From NCBI GenBank assembly GCA_964016885.1, contig OZ024741.1, positions 216,194,001 through 216,258,000 of the forward strand: 64,000 nucleotides of DNA, read 5' to 3'. The notes beneath the pieces were generated by a model, which made no database searches, was not told the origin of the DNA, and saw only the letters and a list, made by a program, of their open reading frames with translations. Positions 1 to 12,774 of the stretch are shown here, in pieces. The first letter of the stretch is position 1. The number at the start of each line of letters is the position of its first letter. This DNA is from Eledone cirrhosa. Lineage: Eukaryota. A program made the translations under genes and the position numbers.

Positions 1-319
1 ATATATATATATATATATATACATATATATATACATCTATATATACATCTAGATGTCAACGACTAAACCGGCAACCCCACTAAGATTGTTTGATGAGGAG
101 GGTGATTTGGACATTCTTCGAGACGAAAAACAAAAGCCGTCATAAGGCGGAGGAAGACAGTATAGTGAACGGCCATCTATACAAACATGTACATATGTAC
201 ATAGTTTTGTACGTTTATATATATTTATGTGGGTATATATTTCATCTTTAATCTTTCATATTTTTTAAAATACCTTTTAATATTTTTCCCTTTTAACATT
301 TTAATCTTTTTATCTACAT

Positions 320-3300
320 AGGAGAAGGAGAACTACATTGTAAAGAAAGACAACTCCATTGTAAAGAAGAACTCCATTGTAAAGAAGGACAACTACATTA
401 TACAGAAAGAGAACTCCATTGTAAAGAAGGAAACTCCATTGTAGAGAAAGAGAACTCAATTGTAGAGAAATAGAACTCCATTGTAAAGGAGAAGTCCATT
501 GTAAAGAAGGAGAAGTCCATTGTAGAGAAGGAGAAGTCCATTGTAAAGAAAGAAAACTCCATTGTAAAGAAGGAGAAGTCCATTGTAGAGAAGGAGAAGT
601 CCATTGTAAAGAAAGAAAACTCCATTGTAAAGAAGGAGAAGTCCATTGTAAAGAAAGAAAACTCCATTGTAAAGAAGGAGAAGTCCATTGTAAAGAAAGA
701 GAACTCCATTGTAGAGAAAGAGAACTCCATTGTAGAGAAGGAGAACTCCATTGTAGAGAAGGAGAACTCCATTGTAAAGAAAGAGAACTCCATTGTAAAG
801 AAAGAAAACTCCATTGTAAAGAACGAGAACTCCATTGTAGAGAAGAAGAACTCCATTGTAAAGAAGGAGAACTCCATTGTAAAGAAAGAGAACTCCATTG
901 TAAAGAACGAGAACTCCATTGTAGAGAAGAAGAACTCCATTGTAAAGGAGAACTCCATTGTAAAGAAAGAGAACTCCATTGTAAAGAAAGAGAACTCCAT
1001 TGTAAAGAAGGAGAACTCCATTGTAAAGAAGGAGAACTCCATTGTAAAGAAAGAGAACTCCATTGTAAAGAAAGAGAACTCCATTGTAAAGAAGGAGAAC
1101 TCCATTGTAAAGAAGGAGAACTCCATTGTAAAGAAGGAGAACTCCATTGTAAAGAAAGAGAACTCCATTGTAAAGAAAGAGAACTCCATTGTAAAGAAGG
1201 AGAACTCCATTGTAAAGAAAGAGAACTCCATTGTAAAGAAGGAGAACTCCATTGTAAAGAAGGAGAACTCCATTGTAAAGAAAGAGAACTCCATTGTAAA
1301 GAAAGAGAACTCCATTGTAAAGAAGGAGAACTCCATTGTAAAGAAGGAGAACTTCATTGTAAAGAAGGAGAACTCCATTGTAGGGAGGATAAGTCCATTG
1401 TAGAGAAAGAGAACTCCATTGTAGAGAAAGAGAACTCCATTGTAAAGAAAAAGAACTCCATTGTAAAGAAGGAGAACTCCATTGTAGATAAGGGGAACTC
1501 CATTGTAAAGAAGGAGAACTCCATTGTAAAGAAGGAGAACTCCATTGTAGGGAGGATAACTCCATTGTAGGGAGGATAACTCCATTGCAGAGAAGGATAA
1601 CTCCATTGCAGAGAAGGATAACTCCATTGTAAAGAAAGAGAACTCCATTGTAGAGAAGAAGAACTCCATTGTAGAGAAAGAGAACTCCATTGTAGAGAAG
1701 GAGAACTCCATTGCAGAGAAGGATAACTCCATTGTAGAGAAGGAGAAGTCCATTGTAAAAAAAGAGAACTCCATTGTAAAGAAGGAGAACTCCATTGTAG
1801 AGAAGGAGAACTCCATTGCAGAGAAGGAGAACTCCATTGTAGAGAAGGAGAACTCCATTGTAAAGAAAGAAAACTCCATTGTAGAGAAGAAGAACTCCAT
1901 TGTAGAGAAAGAGAACTCCATTGTAGAGAAGGAGAACTCCATTGTAGAGAAAGAGAACTCCATTGTAGAGAAGGAGAACTCCATTGCAGAGAAGGATAAC
2001 TCCATTGTAAAGAAGGAGAACTCCATTGTAGAGAAGGATAACTCCATTGTAAAGAAAGAGAACTCCATTGTAGAGAAGGAGAACTCCATTGTAGAGAAAG
2101 AGAACTCCATTGTAGAGAAGGATAACTCCATTGTAAAGAACGAGAACTCCATTGTAAAGAAAGAGAACTCCATTGTAAAGAAAGAGAACTCCATTGTAAA
2201 GAAGGAGAACTCCATTGTAAAGAAAGAGAACTCCATTGTAAAGAAGGAGAACTCCATTGTAAAGAAAGAGAACTCCATTGTAAAGAAAGAGAACTCCATT
2301 GTAAAGAAGGAGAACTCCATTGTAAAGAAGGAGAACTTCATTGTAAAGAAGGAGAACTCCATTGTAGGGAGGATAAGTCCATTGTAGAGAAAGAGAACTC
2401 CATTGTAGAGAAAGAGAACTCCATTGTAAAGAAAAAGAACTCCATTGTAAAGAAGGAGAACTCCATTGTAGATAAGGGGAACTCCATTGTAAAGAAGGAG
2501 AACTCCATTGTAAAGAAGGAGAACTCCATTGTAGGGAGGATAACTCCATTGTAGGGAGGATAACTCCATTGCAGAGAAGGATAACTCCATTGCAGAGAAG
2601 GATAACTCCATTGTAAAGAAAGAGAACTCCATTGTAGAGAAGAAGAACTCCATTGTAGAGAAAGAGAACTCCATTGTAGAGAAGGAGAACTCCATTGCAG
2701 AGAAGGATAACTCCATTGTAGAGAAGGAGAAGTCCATTGTAAAAAAAGAGAACTCCATTGTAAAGAAGGAGAACTCCATTGTAGAGAAGGAGAACTCCAT
2801 TGCAGAGAAGGAGAACTCCATTGTAGAGAAGGAGAACTCCATTGTAAAGAAAGAAAACTCCATTGTAGAGAAGAAGAACTCCATTGTAGAGAAAGAGAAC
2901 TCCATTGTAGAGAAGGAGAACTCCATTGTAGAGAAAGAGAACTCCATTGTAGAGAAGGAGAACTCCATTGCAGAGAAGGATAACTCCATTGTAAAGAAGG
3001 AGAACTCCATTGTAGAGAAGGATAACTCCATTGTAAAGAAAGAGAACTCCATTGTAGAGAAGGAGAACTCCATTGTAGAGAAAGAGAACTCCATTGTAGA
3101 GAAGGATAACTCCATTGTAAAGAACGAGAACTCCATTGTAGAGAAGGATAACTCCATTGTAAAGAAAGAGAACTCCATTGTAGAGAAGGAGAACTCCATT
3201 GTAGAGAAAGAGAACTCCATTGTAGAGAAGGAGAACTCCATTGTAGAGAAAGAGAACTCCATTGTAGAGAAGGATAACTCCATTGTATAGAAAGAGAACT

Positions 3301-4211
3301 CCTTTGTAGAGAAGGAGAAGTCCATTGTAAAAAAAGAGAACTCCATTGTAAAGAAGGAGAACTCCATTGTAGAGAAGGAGAACTCCATTGCAGAGAAGGA
3401 GAACTCCATTGTAGAGAAGGAGAACTCCATTGTAAAGAAAGAAAACTCCATTGTAGAGAAGAAGAACTCCATTGTAGAGAAAGAGAACTCCATTGTAGAG
3501 AAGGAGAACTCCATTGTAGAGAAAGAGAACTCCATTGCAGAGAAGGAGAACTCCATTGTAGAGAAGGATAACTCCATTGTAAAGAAAGAGAACTCCATTG
3601 TAGAGAAGGAGAACTCCATTGTAGAGAAGGAGAACTCCATTGTAGAGAAAGAGAACTCCATTGCAGAGAAGGATAACTCCATTGTAAAGAAAGAGAACTC
3701 CATTGTAGAGAAGGAGAACTCCATTGTAGAGAAAGAGAACTCCATTGTAGAGAAGGAGAACTCCATTGTAGAGAAAGAGAACTCCATTGTAGAGAAGGAT
3801 AACTCCATTGTATAGAAAGAGAACTCCTTTGTAGAGAAGGAGAACTCCATTGTAAAGAAGGAGAACTCCATTGTAGAGAAGCAGAACTCTATTGTAGAGA
3901 AAGAGAACTCCATTGTAGAGAAGGAGAACTCCATTGTAGAGAAGGAGAACTCCATTGTAGAGAAAGAGAACTCCATTGTAGAGAAGGAGAACTCCATTGT
4001 AGAGAAAGAGAACTCCATTGTAGAGAAGGATAACTCCATTGTATAGAAAGAGAACTCCTTTGTAGAGAAGGAGAACTCCATTGTAAAGAAGGAGAACTCC
4101 ATTGTAGAGAAGCAGAACTCTATTGTAGAGAAAGAGAACTCCATTGTAGAGAAGGAGAACTCCATTGTAAAGAGGGAGAACTCCATTGTAGAGAAGGAGA
4201 ACTCCATTGTA

Positions 4212-4213
<2 letters not shown>
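320..4213. repeat. 21-bp minisatellite array, consensus GAACTCCATTGTA(A/G)AGAA(G/A)GA, with a 984-bp higher-order duplication
   Basis: The unit repeats visibly across ~3.9 kb. Identical variant blocks recur 984 bp apart (ORF track entries 1354..1545 and 2338..2529 are identical). Confidence 0.97.
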
Positions 4214-4274
<61 letters not shown>

Positions 4275-4276
<2 letters not shown>

Positions 4277-5038
4277 TAAATCATGTCCTTAGAATCACTA
4301 GATATATATACCATTTCCTCTCACAATTAGCATAATTAACCATATAAAAAATCAATTAGATCAAGCTATAAGAATAAAGGCTCCTATGAAGAAATTTTCG
4401 ACAAATAACCGAAAGCGGCCTCTTCGCGGTGGCCCCGATATAGTATTTATCCAACATTTCAACAGCATGTAGAAACCGACTAAATATACCGTCAACCATA
4501 CACAATTAGGTGTAAATTCAAACTTAGAAGAAATGTGTACATACCGTAATTATATCTCTACCATGGTTTCGTCCGTATTTTTAGACATCCAATAACAGGA
4601 TATGTCCAGAGTTTCGTACTCATCAGTATCGAACTCAAAATTAGACATTTAATTTTCCAAAGTGATGTATACATTTCTTCTAAGTTTGAATTTACACCTA
4701 ATTGTGTATGGTTGACGGTATATTTAGTCGGTTTCTACATGCTGTTGAAATGTTGGATAAATACTCTATCGGGGCCACCGCGAGGCGGCCGCTTTCGGTT
4801 ATTTGTCGAAAATTTCTTCATAGGAGCCTTTATTCTTATAGCTTGGTCTAATTGATTTTTTCATATGGTTAATTATGCTAATTGCGAGAGGAAATGGTAT
4901 ATATTTTATCTTGTGATCCTAAGGACATGATTTATGATATATTGCTCTGATTATTAATTTATTAATTCTTCATTGAGCCACAACGTGACCGGTTGCAAAA
5001 CATATATATCTATGACTTTATGTATATGTAAACCTTTA

Positions 5039-5045
<7 letters not shown>
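4275..5045. mobile_element. Fold-back PLE pLTR-derived mini-element (family A) in (TA)n
   Basis: 4275-4542 is the reverse complement of ~4665-4936. A hammerhead lies in the unpaired centre, (TA)n flanks both sides, and the sequence is homologous to 32780-33420. Confidence 0.8.
4553..4631 (-). ncRNA. Type I hammerhead ribozyme, family A, degenerate (long stem II)
   Basis: Minus strand: CTGATGA gtacg...cggac GAAA ccatgg TA gagat. Stem I is damaged relative to the copy at 33057. Confidence 0.55.
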
Positions 5046-5079
<34 letters not shown>

Positions 5080-5080
5080 G

Positions 5081-5122
<42 letters not shown>

Positions 5123-5159
5123 AGCGCGCGTGTGTGTGTATATATATATATATATAAAT

Positions 5160-5507
5160 ATGTTTATCCCGGGTTCAATCGGGGGTAACCACAGAAAATG
5201 AAGTACTGAATACATAGCAGAATATAAATATTTAATATAGAAATGGCTTCTACAAGGCTGGAACTGTTTCATTCGGGAGGAACCATCAGGAAAGCCGACT
5301 GTCGTTGTAATATGGTAATATTTATACATTTTCTGGTGGAGGAGAGGGTGCTGATTGGATGGGTGGAAGTCATTGGTTGATGGATTAAAGAAAGGGGATT
5401 CTTTATAAACAATATTTAGAGAAGAATGCATAGTGATACAGCCGGCTTTCCTGATGATTTCTCCCGAATGAAACAGTTCTAAACCTATAGAAGACATTTC
5501 TATATTA
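5160..5507. mobile_element. Fold-back pLTR mini-element (family B)
   Basis: ~5235-5298 is inverted relative to ~5441-5505. Flanked by (TA)n. Homologous to 12775-12955 and 44692-44862. Confidence 0.75.
5444..5495 (+). ncRNA. Type I hammerhead, family B, partly decayed
   Basis: ggctttc CTGATGA tttctcccgaat GAAA cagttctaaaccta TA gaagac; compare the intact copy at 12823. Confidence 0.55.
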
Positions 5508-5577
5508 TATATATATATATTTACATATAAATATGTACGTATGTATATACTTATACACACACAGACATATATATATA

Positions 5578-5634
<57 letters not shown>

Positions 5635-6301
5635 GCACATATTCATATAACTACATATACACAGATATACAGATAAATAAAATATACCTTCCATGCGTGA
5701 AACTTTTGTAATAAACTCTACAACGGAACTTATGACAGAATCTTGTAAGCAAATAAATATAAACAAATATAGAAAACAATACCAAGAATCAAAACATTAT
5801 TCGTTTAAATTATTTTTATTTTCTATTTTCAATAAAATCAATAAATTTAGTGGGAAACTATTATCAGAAATATTAGACATCGTGACTGAACAAATAGGAA
5901 CAATGGCACTTCTTCGAAGAAAATTGTGTACGAATGGAAAAAGGGATTGGAAAAGTCAAACAAAAAACAGAACTACAATAATTATTCTGCGGAGAGTTGT
6001 TAAAGGAATTTAAATTAAAAATATTTGGTCAGCTGACTTTTCTTGGAATCAAAAATATTATTACTGAAAATTATTCGTTTTGTGAAAAAAAGGTAGGCGT
6101 GAGTTGCACACACACAGAAATACACACACACACACACATATGTATATATATATATATGTATGTATGTGTGTATGTATATACATTTGAAACATGTATATAT
6201 ATAAATATATATATACACACATATATATATGTATATATATATATATATATGAATATATATACACATACATATACATATATATGTATATATGTATATGTAT
6301 G

Positions 6302-6361
<60 letters not shown>

Positions 6362-6440
6362 CATACATATACATATGTATGTATGTATATATATTATGGA
6401 ATACTGTTGGCTTCTTGCTACAGTACTTTCTATACCTTTC

Positions 6441-6480
<40 letters not shown>

Positions 6481-6481
6481 T

Positions 6482-6513
<32 letters not shown>

Positions 6514-6838
6514 CATATTTATATATATATGTATATATATGTATATAGTTAGAGAAGCAAGAAATTGCTTATTGTGATCCAGTTTTTGGTTAAGAAAGCC
6601 AGTTTCATGGATGGTTTCAACGTACGGTTAGGGGTAACTCCACAAGTTTGTAAGAATTCCGTTCAATCTTGGAGTATAAAGTATAAAAGCACTTACCAAT
6701 GAAACGGTCGTAAATACCTGGATTAAATCCTCTTAATGCTTACCTGTGTTTTTTCTTTTATATATATGTATATATACATATATATATATTATAAAATAAC
6801 AGGAGGCTGAACTGGTATAATTCCTTAAAAGGTTTATT

Positions 6839-6896
6839 ATACTATGATCATTTCAATGACCGGGTTCAGCATGAATTCGGTGACATCATCAGGTAT
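6839..6896 (-). ncRNA. Type I hammerhead, family C
   Basis: atac CTGATGA tgtcaccgaattcatgctgaacccggtcatt GAAA tgatca TA gtat, then AATAAA. Confidence 0.75.
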
Positions 6897-7100
6897 TCGA
6901 AATATAACAAAGGAATATAATAGACAAAATCCATGGGGCTGAAAATCAGCGACATGAGGACGACCGAACATTTAGCAGCTTCTACCCTGGTCGGCCGACC
7001 TCAAGTTCGGGGTAGAAGCTGCTAAATTTTCGGTCGCCCTCATGTCTCTGATTTTTAGCGCCATGGATTTTGTCTATTATATTCCTTTGTTATATTTCGA

Positions 7101-7158
7101 ATACCTGATGATGTCACCGGATTGATATTGAACCCTGTCATTGAAATGATCATAGTAT
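7101..7158 (+). ncRNA. Type I hammerhead, family C
   Basis: atac CTGATGA ...stem II... GAAA tgatca TA gtat aataaa. Confidence 0.72.
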
Positions 7159-7346
7159 AATAAACCTTTTAAGGAATGACACCAGTCCAGCCTCCTGTTA
7201 TTTTATAATAATTAACTCCGTACTCGCACCACCAACTGTACAAACGAAGACGGGTGAGTAGCATTACATAGAGTGCTCTCCATAAAATTACATCGAGGTT
7301 GACCATACAGAATGACCAGTTTTATTCAGTGGTAAACCAAAAGACC

Positions 7347-7387
<41 letters not shown>

Positions 7388-7545
7388 ATACTTTGGGAGG
7401 GTCATGTTGCCAATAAGAAACACACGCACCAGTTGCTTTCACTTCAATTTATTATATATTTATAAATTTATAAATTTACAAATTTACAAACCTATAAATT
7501 TCTGGTTGGTTGGTTGGTTCCACAACCAGATAGTAGTTTATATGT

Positions 7546-7590
7546 AGTCATAGTCCTTTCGTCACACACTCTGTGACCTCTTCAGTGACT
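7546..7590 (-). ncRNA. Type I minimal hammerhead, family D
   Basis: agtca CTGAAGA g gtcaca gagtg tgtgac GAAA ggac TA tgact. Confidence 0.8.
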
Positions 7591-7889
7591 GAGGATTCCT
7601 TTCTTTGTTTCTGTGCCTTTCCTTTCTTCTATCCTACGCCATTTTGTTTCTGTGTGTGTGTTGTGTGCTCAGTTTGCGTATGCGCCACATCCGGGTGTCT
7701 GTGTGTTTGTGTTCATTTATCTATTTGTTTATTTATTTATTTATTTATTGTTGGTTGGTTGTTTGTTCTATGTGTGTGTGTGTTTTCATTTTGTCCTGTG
7801 TGTGTTTTCATTTTGTCCTTAATTGTAAGTTGTTTGTTCTATGTGTGTGTGTGTTTTCATTTTGTCCTGTGTGTATTTTCATTTTGTCC

Positions 7890-8561
7890 TTAATTGTAAG
7901 TTGTGATGTTGCTGTTCCACTCATATTTTCTATTTAATTTTGGTTTTAATTCTTTTATGCTTACTGCCTCTGTAATTTGCCTAAACATTGCGTCTTTTCT
8001 GTGTGTGGATTCTATTTTTATTTCTATGCTCTCTAATCTACCCCTGTGTTCTATCTTAGCATGTTGGTAGAGCACAGATGATTCTTTATTATCTTGGAGG
8101 TCTCGCCAGTGTTCATTTATTCGTTCCCCTATACTACGAGCTGTCTCACCTATGTACACTATATTTTTGTTTCTACATTGTCCTTCAGTACATCTTATGC
8201 TATACACTACATTTCTAGTTTTACAGTTAATATGGGGGCTTATTTTACAGGTTATACATTTCTTATCTATACATGAGTGTCTTTGGAACGGGTATGTCTT
8301 GCTAATAAGTGTTTTTACGGAGGTACCTGGTCTTTCTACTATCTTAATATTGAGATTATGTTTATTTAGGGCCCTTCTAAATTTGTAGGCTAGTTCGCCT
8401 CTAGGGGTTGTATTGATGAAAATTACACTCTGGTATTTATTGATATCATACCATGAGTTTATTCTATTGGCCTTGTTCCTAGTTCTTTCTATTCTATTCC
8501 AAAATTTGCTCCTATACAAGGGGCAGGTCCCATTTATGTCATTATTTACCATTTTTCCCAT
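7890..8561 (-). pseudogene. PLE GIY-YIG endonuclease domain (frameshifted from the RT thumb)
   Basis: GIY-YIG motifs plus a Cys-rich linker (CIDKKCITC). Confidence 0.88.
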
Positions 8562-8940
8562 TTGGTTCTGGCTCCTTTATACACTCTGATTCTATCTCTC
8601 TGATTGTAGCCAGAGAACTGCATACGGTGGATGAAGTGTTGTATGTGTCTCTCTAGTTCTTCGGGGTTGCACATGCGGGACACATTTCTCATCACCCGTA
8701 CCAAATCCGTAATCAGTATGTTGATTTTGGTATGGTCCGAAATGGCCGTGTTTCGGTGGATCAGATGTTTGGAAGTCATGGGTTTGGCATAATGGGCATA
8801 ATGGGCATAATGGGAATAAAACAAATTCAGAAACGAAATATATATATATATATGTAAAAGGTAAATAGAAATAACAACACAATCGGTACAGTATATGGAA
8901 GGGATGTATTAGGTTAACGCGTTATATAGCAGGATGAGGG

Positions 8941-8976
8941 TCTTAACGTTTCAGACGCTAGTCCTTCATCAGAAGA
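8941..8976 (-). ncRNA. Type I minimal hammerhead, family E
   Basis: tctt CTGATGA a ggac tagc gtct GAAA cg TT aaga, with palindromic AACGTT at stem III. A truncated inverted copy CTGATGAAGGACTA lies at ~9930. Confidence 0.8.
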
Positions 8977-9950
8977 AATAATGAGAAAAAAAGATGGATT
9001 GAGGGGACGGGTGGCTGGACCAAGAAAATTAAAACGTCGGCGTGAAAAGATTAAGTATTTATTTGCTTTGACATATGTTTCTGCGTCTATTGTAAATTGT
9101 CTACATATGATGACTACAATATATTGTTCAATCATTCATATGCAATACTTAATTATTTATTACACTTCATCAGAAAGCCTATAGTAGTGGAATTCAACTA
9201 TTCAGTATGGGGTAGATTTCAGCAATCGGATTTTTGTTTAGGAAAATGTAAATAAATTAAGAATAGCATGACATACATTCAGTTAGTGGTATAGTAGAGA
9301 GGAGAGGGAATGGGGGTAAAGAGTTTCACACTATCAATCTGTGTGCTGGGATGTGGAACAATTATTCTTTGACCATTGTTATAGGTGAAGATTTTTCATG
9401 TTTCCCATATTTGAGGGTAGAGAAGGTATAAAGAGAGGGACAGAGAAAGATAAGGTAGAGATTAAGAGTAGCCTAGAGTAGGTAAGGAGGAAAGGAATTA
9501 AGAAAATGGGATTCTTTGAATATATATATAGGTATATATAGGTATATATATAGGTAATATATATATATATGGTTCCCCTTTTCTCTCTCTCCTTTACGAT
9601 TTCACAGAACTTATGTTCACCGAATTCACGGACTGGACCTCTTCTTCCTCCCGTTTGACCAGTGCGGAATACCTTCCTTGCTCACATTTCGACTAGGTTT
9701 GATGGTCTTTATTCTCTCTTGTTCACGATTTCACCGAAATTATATTCATGGAAATCTGGGACTTGACTCTTTCTTCCTCACTTTTCATGCTTTACCATCT
9801 TTGTTTGTTTACACTCTCGCTCGTTCCCCTTATTCACGTGTCCCAACGACTTTCTTTAGCCGTTGCTCGCATCAACCGGAGGTATATGGTCTTTAAAGCG
9901 ATGAAATACCAATGATGGTTGGAAGATCACTGATGAAGGACTAACTTTAT

Positions 9951-10030
<80 letters not shown>

Positions 10031-10036
<6 letters not shown>

Positions 10037-11180
10037 TAAAATAACAGATTAAAGTTTAAGCAAAGAATCGCTGCTTACAGCCCCACGTTATACCCTAACG
10101 GATAGCACGATCTATACGTGGATATTTTACGTCTTGATGTGGGAGCTAAGTATATGTTTTGTTTATTCCGTTACTTATTTGCATTGGTAAGTATATATTA
10201 CCCGTATGTTTTGTGAAGGTATGTATACCTTCTCGTACGTATATTTGACTGTTATGGCGTATAATTTTTACATATTCTGGTATTTAGGGTTTGGCTATGT
10301 GTATACGGGAGTTTTGCGCCTGCGTGAGTATGCAGTATCATACGTATGGTGGGTGTGTGTATATGTGTACTTCGTGTTTTAGTTGACTTACGTCTCCGAA
10401 CATTCGTGTATTTATTTGTAGGTATGTGTGTGCGCTTGTTATATACGTATTTATTTACTTATATACGTTTATATAATTATTTATTTATTTGTACACAAGC
10501 ATACACACACACACATATTTATATGTGCGTGGTTTTGTATACCTATGGTAAGGTTTTGCGTATGCTTGTGTATGTACGTATCTGTTTGCGTGTATGTATT
10601 TATTTGTTTCTATTACTTCTGTATTTATTTACTTTGTTCTTAACTCTGTAGCGGAGACTCATTTGGTCTCCTAGTTAGAATTTTAGTCTACAACTTCTGC
10701 TATACCATTTACGTAGTTTTGTCTTTGCGTGCTATTTTTCTCCACGCTCCACATATGACTTATTATCTTCGTTTTTTCGTTCATTGCCAGAGAACGTCTC
10801 TATGCACCACCTAAGAGAACATTAGTCTACGACCTCTTTTATACCATAAACGTGGTTCTGTCTTTGCGCGTAATTGATTTTCACCGCTCCTATTAATGAC
10901 GTATTATTCGTTTTTTCCCGTTCTTTGCCAGCGAACGTTACCAGGAACCAAAGTATCGTCTTCCTGTCTTCCTCCGGTTGCAACGTTTTTTGAAATATCC
11001 AATTCTGCGTTTACAGATTGACTTTGTTAGTTTCAGAAGATCCCGTTAAGGGTGAAAGCAGCGATTCTTTGCTTAAACTTTAATCTGTTATTTTAATAAA
11101 TATTTGCTCTACGGTTCTTATATATTTGATATATATTTTCTTTATCGAGCCCTCTTTGGATTTTAGTCTTCAATTTTATT
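10031..11180. mobile_element. pLTR-like element with short inverted end; other copies at ~14435-14625 and 30400-30545
   Basis: 10031-10075 is inverted relative to ~11056-11101. Three dispersed homologous copies occur in the window, all next to (TA)n. Hammerhead-like but non-canonical core CAGAAGA...GAAA at ~11034-11058. Confidence 0.6.
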
Positions 11181-11297
11181 ATTATTACTATTATTATTAT
11201 TACTATATATATATATATTAATAAATATTCTTAAAAAGGGTCCAGTTGCATTTTCGATTCCATCTCTTTTCCTTATACTTTCGCTCGTGTATATATG

Positions 11298-11404
<107 letters not shown>

Positions 11405-11419
11405 GTACGTATACATACC

Positions 11420-11491
<72 letters not shown>

Positions 11492-11688
11492 GGTATGTAT
11501 ACGTACATACATATATGTATACAGACGTACAGTAGTATGTATATATATATATACATACATGCACACATATATATATGTACGTATGGATTCACCGAACATT
11601 TATTATAATACTCGGTGTGTTTGCAGCCGTTAATATGCATAAGGAAAGTATATACTTTCAGACGTTCAATCATCTGGCAGGAAGGTAT

Positions 11689-11731
11689 ACGTTGCAGACG
11701 ATAGCTAATAAGTTTGAAACTAGTACAGCGT
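11689..11731 (+). ncRNA. Type I hammerhead, family F, core mutated (CAGACGA)
   Basis: Same as the copy at 12119 except U4->A and one stem II change. Confidence 0.6.
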
Positions 11732-12118
11732 TCCTTTGTCAGTGTTGAACAAATGAGCAACGATGGTTGATAGACACTGTACGGCTAATTTCGGGATGTT
11801 TGTTTACAAACACACCGAGCATTATAATAAATGTTCGGTGAATCCATACTTACATATATATATGTGTGCATGTATGTATATATATATACATACTACTGTA
11901 CATCTGTATACATATATGTATGTACGTATACATACTTATATTTAAGTAACAGCCGTACTAAGAGTGAGAAATGAAATTTCGTTTCATTTTTTCCGTTTAT
12001 CGTTTTCGGTGCGCCCGGCCGATTAACTCACTCGATATGCAAATTAGGCTGATCAGCCGTTAATATGCATAAGGAAAGTATATACTTTCAGACGTTCAAT
12101 CATCTGGCAGGAAGGTAT

Positions 12119-12161
12119 ACGTTGCTGACGATAGCTAATAAGCTTGAAACTAGTACAGCGT
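12119..12161 (+). ncRNA. Type I minimal hammerhead, family F, intact
   Basis: acgttg CTGACGA t agct aata agct t GAAA ctag TA cagcgt; GUA cleavage triplet. Confidence 0.9.
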
Positions 12162-12479
12162 TCCTTTGTCAGTGTTGAACAAATGAGCAACGATGGTTGC
12201 TAGACACTGTACGGCTTAATTCGGGATGTTTATTTACAAACACACCGAGCATTATAATAAATGTTCGGTGAATCCATACGTACATATATATATGTGTGCA
12301 TGTTTGTATGTATATATACATACTACTGTACGTCTGTATACATATATGTGTGTACGTATATATACTTATATTTAAGTAACAGCCGTACTAAGAGTGAGAA
12401 ATGTAATTTCGTTTCATTTTTTCTGTTTATATATATATATATATATAAGAAAATTAGCGTTTTTTTACAATGAATAAAA

Positions 12480-12752
12480 AAACGAAATGTCCTCACACGA
12501 GTGAAAGTATAAGGGAAAAAGTTGAAATCGAAAATGCAACTGGAGTCTTTTTAAGAATATTTATTTGTTTCCTTTACCGGTTTCACAGTTCTTGAGATGG
12601 AGGGTTTCTGGTTTTTCTCGCGATAAAAACCACAAACACTCCATCTCAATTCTACTTTTGAAAAGCATAGGAACTGTGAAACAGGTAAAGGAAACAAATA
12701 AATATTCTTAAAAAGACACCAGTTGCATTTTCAATTTCATCTTTTTTCCCGA
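12480..12752. mobile_element. Fold-back pLTR remnant with the 3' half of a hammerhead
   Basis: ~12512-12590 is inverted relative to ~12671-12750. GAAA ccgg TA ... AATAAA half-site. Another tail copy lies at 11220-11290. Confidence 0.6.
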
Positions 12753-12774
12753 TATATATATATATATATATATA

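Larger units (their letters stand above)
6789..7350. mobile_element. Fold-back pLTR mini-element (family C)
   Basis: ~6789-6987 is inverted relative to ~7010-7209, followed by an extra 3' tail to ~7350. Each arm carries a hammerhead followed by AATAAA. (TA)n flanks. Confidence 0.85.
7382..8840 (-). mobile_element. 5'-truncated Penelope-like element (RT thumb + GIY-YIG + pLTR, family D)
   Basis: ORF 7890-8561 has NVVYSIRC...YIGETARSIGERINEH...RQITEAVSI...LNRKYEW (GIY-YIG). ORF 8546-8824 encodes the RT thumb. The pLTR carries a hammerhead. A short inverted pLTR tail at ~8817-8838 matches 45501-45520. Confidence 0.9.
11505..12430 (+). mobile_element. ORF-less tandem hammerhead element (430-bp unit, family F; retrozyme-like) with inverted 5' piece
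   Basis: Direct repeat units start at 11624 and 12054 (period 430), with one hammerhead per unit. 11505-11623 is an inverted partial copy. Confidence 0.85.

Noticed and set aside
320-4213. CRISPR-like regular repeat
   Set aside because: No unique spacers and no cas genes; eukaryotic context.
398-4277. 1272-aa and 1273-aa ORFs on the minus strand
   Set aside because: They are translations of a 21-bp minisatellite. Overlapping frames are open simultaneously and the repeat switches register, so there is no evidence of a real protein.
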